This document shows positions 31,371 through 41,518 of a stretch of DNA of 56,357 nucleotides, one piece after another. The stretch comes from Candidatus Nomurabacteria bacterium GW2011_GWA2_40_9 (GTDB lineage Bacteria; Patescibacteriota; Minisyncoccia; Phycocordibacterales; UBA9973). A program made the position numbers and the translations under genes. Positions within the stretch are counted from its first letter, which is position 1, and every line of letters starts with the position of its first letter. The notes beneath the pieces were generated by a model, which saw nothing but the letters and a program-made list of their open reading frames with translations, ran no database searches and was not told the DNA's origin. The stretch covers positions 1 through 56,357 of the forward strand of contig LBZW01000006.1 in the NCBI GenBank assembly GCA_000993955.1, given 5' to 3'.

Positions 31371-32297
31371 TTATGACAAGGGCTTATAGCTTGTAGAAAG
31401 CTGTAAAATACGTTCAGAAATATCAAATTTAGAATTATAAATCATAATATCACTTTTATCATTCACTCTTTGATCACAATTTTCACAAATTAATTTTGAC
31501 CCCTTAAAATCTCCAATTTGATGACATCCTAGAATTTTTTGAAAAGGCTTAGCATTAAAAATTTCTTTTAAAGATTGCTTATTCAAATCTCCTAAAAGGA
31601 GCTGCCCATTAAAATCAAAACAACACATATTAATGGTGCCATCCACCTGAATTTGAATAGGGCCCTTTTCAGGACGACCACAACTTTTACTTTTTTCTAC
31701 CTCTGTTTTTCTATAAATCCTGCCATCTACCCAATTATGAGGCTTCCAAACTTCTATAAGATCTACCTTGTCTTTCCAATAGCAAACCCAACTTTCAATA
31801 TCTTTTTTATTATGCTCTGTTACTACATACGTAAGAATAATTTTCGTATTTCTTTTCAGACTTCCAATATCTGTAATTAAATCTTTAACCTTCTCAAAAA
31901 AATTTATGCTGCTAGGCGCATGTGTTTTCGCATATCCATCCACTGAATTACCATGAAGACTAACACGAATTGACTCAACTCCAATTTCATTCATTTCTTT
32001 AAATTTTTCCATTGTTAATACAGAAGCCGTGGTTAATAAAAGTACACGGTAATTGAGTTTTCGTGCATAAGCCATTTTTTCAAGTAAGGTAGAATCCAAA
32101 AGCGGTTCACCAAAACCAACAAAGGATACAATTTCAAATTGAGAAGTTTCAGACGTAATTCTATCTAAGTAAAATTTAAAACTATCAAAAGACATCGTTT
32201 CTTTTTTACGCACAAGCTCATCACGCGGACACATCACACAGTGATAATTACATCTCGTGGTTACTTCGAAACGCAGTTCATTATTTTGAGGTATCAT
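31371..32297 (-). CDS. Radical SAM enzyme with a SPASM/twitch domain
   Basis: CNYHCVMC, GFGEPLLD, SCGRP, DGTINMCCFD, CENCD. Confidence 0.92.
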   Translation of the reverse strand: MIPQNNELRFEVTTRCNYHCVMCPRDELVRKKETMSFDSFKFYLDRITSETSQFEIVSFVGFGEPLLDSTLLEKMAYARKLNYRVLLLTTASVLTMEKFKEMNEIGVESIRVSLHGNSVDGYAKTHAPSSINFFEKVKDLITDIGSLKRNTKIILTYVVTEHNKKDIESWVCYWKDKVDLIEVWKPHNWVDGRIYRKTEVEKSKSCGRPEKGPIQIQVDGTINMCCFDFNGQLLLGDLNKQSLKEIFNAKPFQKILGCHQIGDFKGSKLICENCDQRVNDKSDIMIYNSKFDISERILQLSTSYKPLS

Positions 32298-32398
32298 TAA
32301 GTTTCAAATTAATAGACTTCTCTTTAATTTGTCAAAGCTTTTAAAAGCACAACTCACATCTTGAGAAAATCCAATAGCAGTGCTACCTATTGTTTCAG

Positions 32399-34207
32399 AT
32401 GAAAATAATATTTTTAAATGATCTACGCAAAATCCCTACTATTCAAAAACAACTCTTTCTTAAAAAATCTATTTTTATAAATCTCGAAAATTTTTACATG
32501 AACGAAGAATTAGATGCCAACATTAAACAACTTAGAATTAACGACCTGCTCTCAAAAGATGAAATGAGTCAATTTAAAAACTTTTTTTTACAAACATTAT
32601 TAAATTTATCACAACAAATTAATGCACCTTGGTGGGCAGCCTATAATTTTACCAGCAAAAATCCTCTAAGCTCCCCTTTATATCAAAATATGCTCTATCT
32701 CATGTGCATTAATAAGATTATGGCCTCTAACACTGCCGAAGCCATTTTTATTTACTGTTCAGATAACAATTTCATTAATATCCTTAAAAAGACATTTCAT
32801 AAAAAAGCACTTATTATTAATAAAACTAAACGTTCTTTTTCATTATACAATCGTTTTAAGTGTGCACCTATTTTAACTAATGTTATATTTTTGATTAGAA
32901 TTTTAAGACGTATGTTCTTATCTAAAAAGAACCTATCATTCCCTCAAAACACTAAATCAGCCACAATTATTAAATCTTTGATTTTACCAAGCTCTTTTCA
33001 AAAAAATGAAGAATACAGAGATTTATATTTTCATAACCTACTAGAAAACACTCCCAACTTAAGCCAGGTACTTATATTGGTAAACGTTTTAAACCATTTC
33101 AAGTCTTACCTATCAAAAATAAAACATTCCAATCACTCTGGTCATCAAATTTATCCACTAGAATATTTTCTAACTGTAAAGGACATCGTTAATCTTTTTT
33201 TAAACCAAATTTATGAATATTTTCATGTCTTTATAAAATACCAAAATTCCATACCAAATATTTCTTTTGAAAATTTTAATTTAAAAACCACACTCATACA
33301 TACGCTATATAAAGAGCTAAACTCGAATCAGTGGTTAAAAAACTTAACCTTCTTCTATGCAACAAAAAATCTATCTCAAGAAATAAAAATTAAAAAATTT
33401 ATCTATCCATTTGAAAATAGATCCTCAGAAAGACTATGCATTAAAGCCTTAAAACACTACTCACCCAATACCTCTATAGAGGGCTATCAACATGCCTCTA
33501 TCCATCAAGAACATTTAAATTTTATTATGTTACAAGATGAGCACAAAATCACTCCACTTCCTCATAAGATTTGGACAACAGGCACTTGGCCAAAAGAGTA
33601 TTTTATTCAAAAAGGAAATTTTCCAAAAAACCTACTTGGCATTGGAGGGGCTCTACGTCAAAATTTTACAGAACAAACTCAAGCTAAAAAAATAAAAAAA
33701 TATAAAATATTTACCATTGGTATCGTTTTAGCTTCTGGCGAATTTGAATATATTGGATTAATATCTTTCCTAAATCAAATTTCTGCATTGAAACAATATC
33801 GCATCATTATACGGCCCCATCCTGAAATATCTTTTGATGTCATACGACCACATTTTAAACATTTAAATTTTAACTTTACCATTGATGGAGAAATCCCAAT
33901 TGAAGAATTTTTAAATAAAATAGATTTAATTGTTTATGCCTCAACTACCGTAAGCTTTGAGGCTATTTTTAAAGGAATCCCCGCTCTTTGCATCCATTAT
34001 GAAAACTGCCTGAACCTAGATCCTCTTTTTAAAAATAATGATTTGAAGTGGGATATTTTCAAACCCTCAGACTTTATAAAATCCATAGATGAAATAGAAA
34101 ATTTAAATGAAGAAATAATTACAAAACGTACTCAGCAGGTCAGAACATTCATTTCGAATTATTTTTCTCCTATGCCCATGGAACTAAAACAAAATTTTTT
34201 ATTATAA
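32399..34207 (+). CDS. Putative GT-B surface-carbohydrate biosynthesis protein
   Basis: YPFEN..SE, GYQH, GALR, IRPHP, STTVSFEA..GIP; ATG at 32399 (TTG 32390 also possible). Confidence 0.6.
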   Translation: MKIIFLNDLRKIPTIQKQLFLKKSIFINLENFYMNEELDANIKQLRINDLLSKDEMSQFKNFFLQTLLNLSQQINAPWWAAYNFTSKNPLSSPLYQNMLYLMCINKIMASNTAEAIFIYCSDNNFINILKKTFHKKALIINKTKRSFSLYNRFKCAPILTNVIFLIRILRRMFLSKKNLSFPQNTKSATIIKSLILPSSFQKNEEYRDLYFHNLLENTPNLSQVLILVNVLNHFKSYLSKIKHSNHSGHQIYPLEYFLTVKDIVNLFLNQIYEYFHVFIKYQNSIPNISFENFNLKTTLIHTLYKELNSNQWLKNLTFFYATKNLSQEIKIKKFIYPFENRSSERLCIKALKHYSPNTSIEGYQHASIHQEHLNFIMLQDEHKITPLPHKIWTTGTWPKEYFIQKGNFPKNLLGIGGALRQNFTEQTQAKKIKKYKIFTIGIVLASGEFEYIGLISFLNQISALKQYRIIIRPHPEISFDVIRPHFKHLNFNFTIDGEIPIEEFLNKIDLIVYASTTVSFEAIFKGIPALCIHYENCLNLDPLFKNNDLKWDIFKPSDFIKSIDEIENLNEEIITKRTQQVRTFISNYFSPMPMELKQNFLL

Positions 34208-34247
34208 TTCAACTTTAGAGATAATTTAAAAGAAATGTATAAAAAAC

Positions 34248-36086
34248 TTACCATATTAAGTGTTCTCCCAAAGACATTCTAATAGGTTTTGGATATATAT
34301 AAGAATCAAATAAAAACGTTGTATCGTTTTTAGAATTTAATTCTAAAATTTTGTTAATACCATATCCTAAGATTTGTACTTCTTTAATAAAATAAACAGC
34401 AGATTCTTTAGTGCTTTCATTTGGCCTTATTTCTGTAGCAGGCACATGTTGATAACGCCCGCCACCTCCATAGAGTAAAACTGGAATTTTATTTTGCAAT
34501 GCCTCTTCAATACACGTGGAGGAAAAACTGATTAATAAATCAGTCATGGCTAATACATCTAAAAAAGTATCTTCTATATTTAAAACAACTTTTTTCGAAA
34601 AAGGAACAAGATATCGTAATGTTTTAACATTCAGTTCATATCCAGGCCTAAATTTTACAATTAAAATTGTATCAGACAGTTTTTCAACAGCATTGGCCAA
34701 ATCACAAATGGATTGAATATACTCATCAGCAGTTTCATATACATAGGGCCTAAGACAATTCGAATACTTATATGTACCTGCATGAAGAATAATTTTTACC
34801 TTTTTCACTTTTCTTTCTTCTTGTTGACGAACTTGGATAGGAAACCCCCAAATTAAAGGTCCTGTTTTAATAACTTCACTTCTAGATGGAAACACATCCA
34901 GATATCCTTCGGACAGAGGAGTTTGTAACGCAAAATGTGAGAATGGCGCTCTTAAAAAAGACATTCCATGCTCTCCCCATTCAATTCGTTCGCTTTCATT
35001 TTTTGGATAAACATGAGAACCATGACTAATCAACACCGATGGAACGTTATTTAAATTACATAATTCAGCTAATAAAATATCATCATCACGATTTCCATTA
35101 GAGATAATCAAAGAAGGATCTATGCGTTTTAATAATCTTTGAATTTCAATATCCCACAATGACAGATTTAAAAGATATTGAAAAAGATCAGATTTATTTT
35201 TTTGAATTAAAAAATCTAAAAACGAAATCCCTTTGTATAAAAATAAATTAGCCTTTGTTCTTAAAATAGAATTTATTTCTTCTAAATATATTTTTTGTTT
35301 AAAAATATCAGGAGCGTTAGATTTCCAAAACAACCTCATTAAAAAATAAGGCATTTCAAAAAGCAAGACCACGGGCCCCTTTAAAAGCTTAAATATACAA
35401 TTAGAATATTTTTTTTGAAAGCTTCCAACTAAGCTCTCTAAGTTATAAGCAGAGGTTGTATAAAAAATAATTTTTTTTTGACTTAAATACTGCTTAAACG
35501 AAAGCAAAAAAACATCAATTCTTAATTGACAACAACGACCAACAAATTTCAAAATTGACACAAGATAGCCAAGGTAATATTTAAAATAAAAACTTTCTTT
35601 TCTTAAAATAATTTTCTCAAATCTTAAATTGTAAATTCTTGCAGCTTTTTCAACAATACAGGACAGGTGTTTTTCAAAAGGCTGTCCATAAAGGCTTTTC
35701 ACATAAACCCATTCATATGAAAAAACACATACATCCTTCGGCTGGTATTTTTGAATAGCATTGACCACAATTTCAATAAGCCAAAGATAATAATGAATAC
35801 AAAATCGCTCATACAAAATATAGTTATTAAGATGGGGTAGTTGAATGCTCTCTCTCATCCAAGTTATTATTAAATCTGATTGTCTAAGGATTTGAGCATG
35901 AGAATCATTTGTAAAATAAGGAAGCGTATTTGAACACAACAAGTTCTTTTTTTTTAAATAAGCAAAAACGATTGGATTTAAGCCTATACAAAGATAATCA
36001 GAGTTATTAGATCCATATTTTTTGACATACTCATCGACTTCTGACTTGAGATTGAAAAAGATAAGCCTTGTTACTGTTTCTCCCAT
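34248..36086 (-). CDS. Putative GT-B (capsule synthesis/sialyltransferase-like) protein
   Basis: LISHGSH, TGP, VKFRP, DLLISFSSTCIEEAL..KIPVL. Confidence 0.6.
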   Translation of the reverse strand: MGETVTRLIFFNLKSEVDEYVKKYGSNNSDYLCIGLNPIVFAYLKKKNLLCSNTLPYFTNDSHAQILRQSDLIITWMRESIQLPHLNNYILYERFCIHYYLWLIEIVVNAIQKYQPKDVCVFSYEWVYVKSLYGQPFEKHLSCIVEKAARIYNLRFEKIILRKESFYFKYYLGYLVSILKFVGRCCQLRIDVFLLSFKQYLSQKKIIFYTTSAYNLESLVGSFQKKYSNCIFKLLKGPVVLLFEMPYFLMRLFWKSNAPDIFKQKIYLEEINSILRTKANLFLYKGISFLDFLIQKNKSDLFQYLLNLSLWDIEIQRLLKRIDPSLIISNGNRDDDILLAELCNLNNVPSVLISHGSHVYPKNESERIEWGEHGMSFLRAPFSHFALQTPLSEGYLDVFPSRSEVIKTGPLIWGFPIQVRQQEERKVKKVKIILHAGTYKYSNCLRPYVYETADEYIQSICDLANAVEKLSDTILIVKFRPGYELNVKTLRYLVPFSKKVVLNIEDTFLDVLAMTDLLISFSSTCIEEALQNKIPVLLYGGGGRYQHVPATEIRPNESTKESAVYFIKEVQILGYGINKILELNSKNDTTFLFDSYIYPKPIRMSLGEHLIW

Positions 36087-36088
36087 AA

Positions 36089-37346
36089 CTAAAAATATTG
36101 CTGTAATAGTGGACTTATCATTTTTAAATCATTTTGATCTCTCACTTCTAATGAAGAATACGGATAAGAAATTTCATGAATACCTACTTTTTCACCTAAT
36201 AGTTTTCCCTGCCTAATAAATTCAGGATGAGTCACACACCCTAAACCTCTCAGTTCCATAAAAAGAGAGTTTTTAAATTGTCTAGGAATAATTCCTTCTT
36301 CAATTTGGACTAATCTATTCTCTTCTTCTTTCCATAACGCCTTATTTTCCTTTTTAGCGGCTATAACACTATCGTAGCCCTGTTGAAGCAATTTCAAAAT
36401 CATTTCGTCGATCAATCCAGTAGTTCGGAATGGAAAAGTAGGTTCAAGAGAAACAATCAAATCTGGATATATTTTAGATTCTTCTACTTTTTCTAATGAA
36501 TATTGAAGAACTTTGGAAATATCAATATATTCCTTCGAATAAAAAGGATCTCTGATAAAAGGAATTTGGGCTCCTAGTTTTTTTGCCACCTCTGCAGTTT
36601 CAACATCATCTGTAGAAACAATAATATTTTTAATATATTTAGATTCCAAAGCTCTTTGAACAGTATAGTAAATTAGTGGTTTATCATTTAAATACTGAAG
36701 AGAGCCTCGTACGGGAATAACAGCAACAATATTGAGTTTTTCTGCTGAAATAACTTTATAGTTATCTTCTTTTAAATTTTCTAATATTTTAACAACCTTT
36801 GCACATCGCTCTTCCTCTCCATTCTGATGAATTCCATGATAATGGTAAACGCTGGCTTCGGGTTCATAAATAATTTTATATTGTTGATAAAGCATTGATT
36901 GAACCCATAGTCGATCTTCAATATTTGTAATGTTTTCATCAAAAGGATGTTTTTCCCAAAGATCCCGGCGAATAGCACTATTAGCATTATGAAAAAAACT
37001 ATCTTTTCGTTGAATCTTTCGATCCAATCCAAAAACAATGGCTAAATCTCGTTTATCTGAATCCGAACTAAAAGATAAAGGCTCTTGACGACCATTTTGA
37101 TTCTCTAATCCCCTGATTTAATGCTTTTCCAGGTTTATAATCTGTACACATAATAATTTTTTGAACATCAAATTGCCGTGCTTTTTCGATGGTTCTATCA
37201 CTGCTCTCATTATCAACAATAATCACTTCAAAATGAATATATTCTTGATGAAATACTTCTTGTAAACATTGAGTAATCCACCTCTCTTCATTTTTAGTTC
37301 TAATAATAATAGAAACTAAATCATTCATATTCTCTTGTTCTTCCAA
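36089..37346 (-). pseudogene. GT2 glycosyltransferase-NeuA-like cytidylyltransferase fusion with a deletion-frameshift at about 37095
   Basis: SIIIRTKNEE, VDNESSD and GKALN are joined out of frame to GRQEP..FHNANSA..EDR.W; C-domain has KPLI, VSTDD, PTFPFR. Confidence 0.8.
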
Positions 37347-37354
37347 ATCTCATC

Positions 37355-38353
37355 TTAAATATCAACAGAAAGCCTTGATAAACGATGTATTATAGGACCA
37401 TCAAATTTTTTAATAAATGGAACTTTTATTTTTAAAAATTTGACACTATTTTTAGAAAAAGGGTGTATGTGTAAAAAAAATTTATACCAGGGACAATATT
37501 CATTAACATAATGCTGATCCGTCTTAACATATGGATATTTACTAAACTCTAATACTTCCCCCCCCATTAAGACCTTTCTCTCTCTATTACAGCAATAAAA
37601 TAAATTTTCTTTTGATAAATTCAAACGAAGAAAATTAAAATATCCTTGTATAGACTCTGGCTTCATCTCTTGCATAGACACAATATTAATAGCGATATCT
37701 ATTTGAAATACTTGAGATAAAAGGTTTAACTTATCTGCAGGACAATATAGAAAGTCAATCTCTTCTATGTTGTTAACTAAATTAATATTATTGATGGAAG
37801 CATGTATATATTTCTTATGAACTTTTTGGCAATAATATGCTTGAAATAATAATGTTTTACCTAAATCTACTAGAATAATTGTCGAATTCGGAAAACAATC
37901 TTTGATTAAAGACCCCATCAATCCATAGCCATCTCCTATAATAAAAAAAACAAGTCTATTTTTATTAACCATATTATGAGTCATATGCCTCATAATTAAA
38001 TTCAAACTCAAGATTTGTTTAAAAACATCAAAAGATACACTAAAACCAGCGCATTTACATATTCGTCTCGCTTTATGAAGAAGCTGGATAATATTTTTCT
38101 TATCCTCATGTTTTAGAATATGGATCATATGTGAAATCCAATTAAGGCACTGTTGCACTGGATTTCTTGTCATTAAATCTCCAAATCCAATGCCACTTAA
38201 ACTTAATATGGATTTTTCTTCATCAAGTTGCACAGAAAACTGATTAGAATAATGTACCCAATGAGATGAAAAATCTTTATTTACATCAAGATTACTTTCT
38301 TGATAATAAGAGTGATAGAGTTCTTTTATCAAATTCCTATTCGGCATATCCAT
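37355..38353 (-). CDS. Putative sugar O-methyltransferase
   Basis: SSHW, IIGDGYG, LVDL.KTL, INIVSMQEM, YCCNR. Confidence 0.78.
   Translation of the reverse strand: MDMPNRNLIKELYHSYYQESNLDVNKDFSSHWVHYSNQFSVQLDEEKSILSLSGIGFGDLMTRNPVQQCLNWISHMIHILKHEDKKNIIQLLHKARRICKCAGFSVSFDVFKQILSLNLIMRHMTHNMVNKNRLVFFIIGDGYGLMGSLIKDCFPNSTIILVDLGKTLLFQAYYCQKVHKKYIHASINNINLVNNIEEIDFLYCPADKLNLLSQVFQIDIAINIVSMQEMKPESIQGYFNFLRLNLSKENLFYCCNRERKVLMGGEVLEFSKYPYVKTDQHYVNEYCPWYKFFLHIHPFSKNSVKFLKIKVPFIKKFDGPIIHRLSRLSVDI
37558..37565 (-). repeat. G8 homopolymer (coding strand) in the sugar O-methyltransferase
   Basis: ATG GGG GGG GAA. Confidence 0.9.
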
Positions 38354-38365
38354 AAAGTATCTACC

Positions 38366-38491
38366 TAGGGCTTGTTCGGCAATCGAAATTTATCTGTCAT
38401 CCTGAGCACGAAGTGCGAAGGATCTCATCAATAAAAACGAGATCCTTCGGGCTAACGCCCTCAGAATGACTGGATCGCCGAACACGCTCTA
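38366..38491. mobile_element. MITE/REP-like palindromic element (122 bp plus flanking TA)
   Basis: Terminal IRs TAGGGCTTGTTCGGCAATC / GATCGCCGAACACGCTCTA (16/19); inner stems GTCATCCTGAG/CTCAGAATGAC and CGAAGGATCTC/GAGATCCTTCG; GC-rich compared with its surroundings. Confidence 0.8.
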
Positions 38492-38492
38492 C

Positions 38493-39100
38493 CTATAAGA
38501 TATTATCATATTCAATTTCATATTTTTTACCCTTATCTCTTAACCTTAAAATACTCTCCGCTAGCATAAGATCTTCTTTCTTTTTAATGATGACTGATGA
38601 AAGTTTACTCACAGGGTAATAACCAATCTTTCCACAAAAAAAAGCATGCCCTTTAGCTTCAAATGTTTTTCTAAACACATCTGACCGCCACATCATTAGA
38701 GAATAAACAAATGGATTCACAGGAATTAAATCCTGTGTTTGAGCAAAAATATCATCATATTTAAAATTAATAGGCTTTCCTTTATAAATACAATGAACCT
38801 GTTCTTCTTTAACGGTAATCAAGGAAAATCATAAACCACAAAATCAGATTTGGTTTCAGATGTTGCCAACTCAAGTGGTCGCTTATAAAATTCCACCTCA
38901 TAACGTTTGGCAATTTGTCCAAATAAATCATCTTCAGAATTAATTAAAATACGAGAAAAAATACTAGTTTCTTTTGCCGCCTGAATAGCATAATAAATTA
39001 ACGGTTTTCCATCTAACAAAGCAAGATTCTTCATTTTTAGTCGTTCGCTCCCCATCCTCGCAGGAATCATGGCAACTACATTTTCTTTTATAAATTCCAT
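38493..39100 (-). pseudogene. NeuA-like cytidylyltransferase with a deletion-frameshift at about 38825
   Basis: MIPARMGSERLKMKNL..GKPLI and SDFVVYDF are joined out of frame to SLITVKEE; the PTSP segment is absent. Confidence 0.8.
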
Positions 39101-39102
39101 GC

Positions 39103-39867
39103 TTAACCTAATAAATAGTTTATAGGAGTATATTCATCCATAATAATTCTTTTAAAACAAAAACTATTCAACTTCAAATGATTATAACCATGAATATTGA
39201 GCAAGCATGTTTGATAACCCACTCCTTTAACTTCTTGAATTAACTCTTCATTAAAATCTTTTTTACTCCCAAATGGAAATGCAAAGTGATTACACGCAGC
39301 ATCTATGTTCTCCTCAATAATTTTCTTGCTCTGCCAAATTTCCTCAACTGCCGCAACAGGTGACAAAGATGATAATGAAACATGGGATATACCATGCGAT
39401 CCTATTTCCATACCATTCTGGCTCATTTCCCTGGCTTGTTCCCATGTTATAAAATGTTCTTTTTCAATGGTATGCGTAGAAAGAAAAAAAATAGCTGGGA
39501 TATTTCTCTTTTTCAAATACGGAAATACTATTTCATAACTATCCAGGTATCCATCATCAAATGTTAATACGACCTGAATATCCCTATGGAAATTCCCTGC
39601 TTTTATTTGATTCACCGCTTCGTTTAATGAAATAATAGGATATTTTTTTGATACAGCTGTAATTTGAGATACAAATGTTTCAAATGAAATAGTCATATCA
39701 AATGGATCATAGGAAGCATTTGGCAAAACATGATGATACACTAAAACAATAAGCTTAGGAGAGGAATCTAAATATAAATTCTTGAAGTGATTTATCCACC
39801 TATAGCTATTACGACAATATTTCCGATAATACTTTTTCAAGCTTGAGTTCTTAACAACCTGGAACAT
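39103..39867 (-). CDS. Polysaccharide deacetylase (CE4)
   Basis: LVYHHV, LTFDDGY, IGSHGISH, FAFPFG. Confidence 0.9.
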   Translation of the reverse strand: MFQVVKNSSLKKYYRKYCRNSYRWINHFKNLYLDSSPKLIVLVYHHVLPNASYDPFDMTISFETFVSQITAVSKKYPIISLNEAVNQIKAGNFHRDIQVVLTFDDGYLDSYEIVFPYLKKRNIPAIFFLSTHTIEKEHFITWEQAREMSQNGMEIGSHGISHVSLSSLSPVAAVEEIWQSKKIIEENIDAACNHFAFPFGSKKDFNEELIQEVKGVGYQTCLLNIHGYNHLKLNSFCFKRIIMDEYTPINYLLG

Positions 39868-40742
39868 AAATTAAAAATTAAAAAAGGTCGCACAATAAAT
39901 ATCTGGCTTATTTGAAAAATATATTTAAACATATTTTTACAATCACCTCTTTTTAAAAAGGCTCTTAGAGCGATTAGATATAAACAAACTACTCTCCACA
40001 TCCCTCGTCTTGAAATACAAAAAAAAATTACCTCCTCATAAGACAAAAGATGTTCTTTAATAAAATATGCTGTTTTTAAAGAATATGTTGGATCTGCCAT
40101 ACTTCGGTTATTCCCAGTGATTCTAAATTCTCCCAAAGATTCTTTAATAAAATAAAACTTCACTCCTTGAGCAGCTAATCTTAACCACAACTCATAATCT
40201 GCTGCCCCATCAATTTCTTTTCTTAAATCAAAGCCTCCAGATTTTTTAAGGAGATCCGCTTTGATAGTTAATGCGGAAGGAGAAAGACAATTTCCTTCAT
40301 AAAGTAATTTTTCATAAAAATGATCACACCAAGGACCATATCTTAAAATTCCCTCTATTTTTCCATTCACTACCTTATTTTCATAATGACAAACAGCACC
40401 AACATCCAGATTTTCATCAAATGCTTTTTCGACTTTTTCTAATTTTTTAGGATGCCAAATATCATCATCATCCAAAAAAGAAATGAATTCACCTTGAGCC
40501 AAACTAATCCCTAAGTTTCTAGGGGCATCGCAAGATTGAGTTGGTTTTGGATTTAAAACATACTTTATTCGATTATCTTTAATAGATTGAACCACAGATT
40601 TAGTATCATCCATAGAACCATTATCAATAATCAAGAGTTCAAAATCTGTAAATGTTTGATCTAAAACACTTTGAATTGCATGAGGCAATAAATCCTTGCG
40701 ATTATAGGTTGTAATAATGACAGAAAAAATTGGTAAGTTCAT
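39837..40742 (-). CDS. GT2 glycosyltransferase
   Basis: SVIITTYNR, IDNGS.D, RNLG, FLDDDD, DYELWLR. Confidence 0.93.
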   Translation of the reverse strand: MNLPIFSVIITTYNRKDLLPHAIQSVLDQTFTDFELLIIDNGSMDDTKSVVQSIKDNRIKYVLNPKPTQSCDAPRNLGISLAQGEFISFLDDDDIWHPKKLEKVEKAFDENLDVGAVCHYENKVVNGKIEGILRYGPWCDHFYEKLLYEGNCLSPSALTIKADLLKKSGGFDLRKEIDGAADYELWLRLAAQGVKFYFIKESLGEFRITGNNRSMADPTYSLKTAYFIKEHLLSYEEVIFFCISRRGMWRVVCLYLIALRAFLKRGDCKNMFKYIFQISQIFIVRPFLIFNLCSRLLRTQA

Positions 40743-41518
40743 TTTTTTACTATAATAATTTTAGAGAGAGCTCTATTGGTTACATAACAAAACAGACGCT
40801 CTAAGGGCATTATCAAACGGCACAGAAATAGAAATTTCTCAATCTTAAGATATTTTTTAACAAAAGAATGAACCTCTAAAAAAACATGTAAAGAAAACGT
40901 ATAAAACATCATCCCATTGAACTCTTTAATAATTTTTGATATTTTTAAAACGTTTTCACTCCCTCTCCAAATTTTTTCTGGAAGAGCATGTTCAATAATT
41001 ATTAAACCTCCCTCGTTTAAGATTGCATAATACTCCTTTACAATTTGTGCAGGAGGAGGATTTTCAATAATATTCCTGGCTAATGGATGAAATTCTCGCA
41101 TTAAAATGAGATCAAATTTTTTTTCTTTTAGTTCATTTATTTGAAGTGGCCTTGTCCCATCAGCCTCAAAAAAAATAATATTACTACCCATAGAAAGCTG
41201 CTTAGCCAAGCTTATGGCTTCAGGTGTATAATCAAAACTCCACACATCCCCCAATAATGCCAAACCATTTGCTAAAAATCCAGGACCACAGCCTGGTTCT
41301 AAAATTTTTATTTTTTTTTGAGATATCTGATCTAAAGGAGTTATCAGATTAAAAAGTTCCAATATCTTTGAATATCTAAAGATAAGCCGAAGTATCTGAG
41401 AATTAAGAACAGGCGTTGAATAATGCCATCTTGTGGGATCTAAATAGCCCTTACTTTGTCCTTCTTTAAAAGAATCATAATGAACCTCTTTAAGTTTTTT
41501 TCGATTAAGAATATTCAT
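40739..41518 (-). CDS. Class I SAM-dependent methyltransferase
   Basis: ILEPGCGPG, SFD, FDLI, LNEGG. Confidence 0.85.
   Translation of the reverse strand: MNILNRKKLKEVHYDSFKEGQSKGYLDPTRWHYSTPVLNSQILRLIFRYSKILELFNLITPLDQISQKKIKILEPGCGPGFLANGLALLGDVWSFDYTPEAISLAKQLSMGSNIIFFEADGTRPLQINELKEKKFDLILMREFHPLARNIIENPPPAQIVKEYYAILNEGGLIIIEHALPEKIWRGSENVLKISKIIKEFNGMMFYTFSLHVFLEVHSFVKKYLKIEKFLFLCRLIMPLERLFCYVTNRALSKIIIVKK

Noticed and set aside
15047..35955. A/T homopolymers of 8-9 nt as phase-variation sites
   Set aside because: They are frequent throughout and expected at this AT content.
38396..38470. tRNA or rho-independent terminator
   Set aside because: It is cloverleaf-like but has no T-loop or D-loop consensus and no U-tract; it is better explained as a palindromic repeat element.
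39440..39490. In-frame deletion in the CE4 deacetylase (LSTHTIEKEHFITW)
   Set aside because: Short CE4 forms without the insertion occur naturally, and all catalytic motifs are present.
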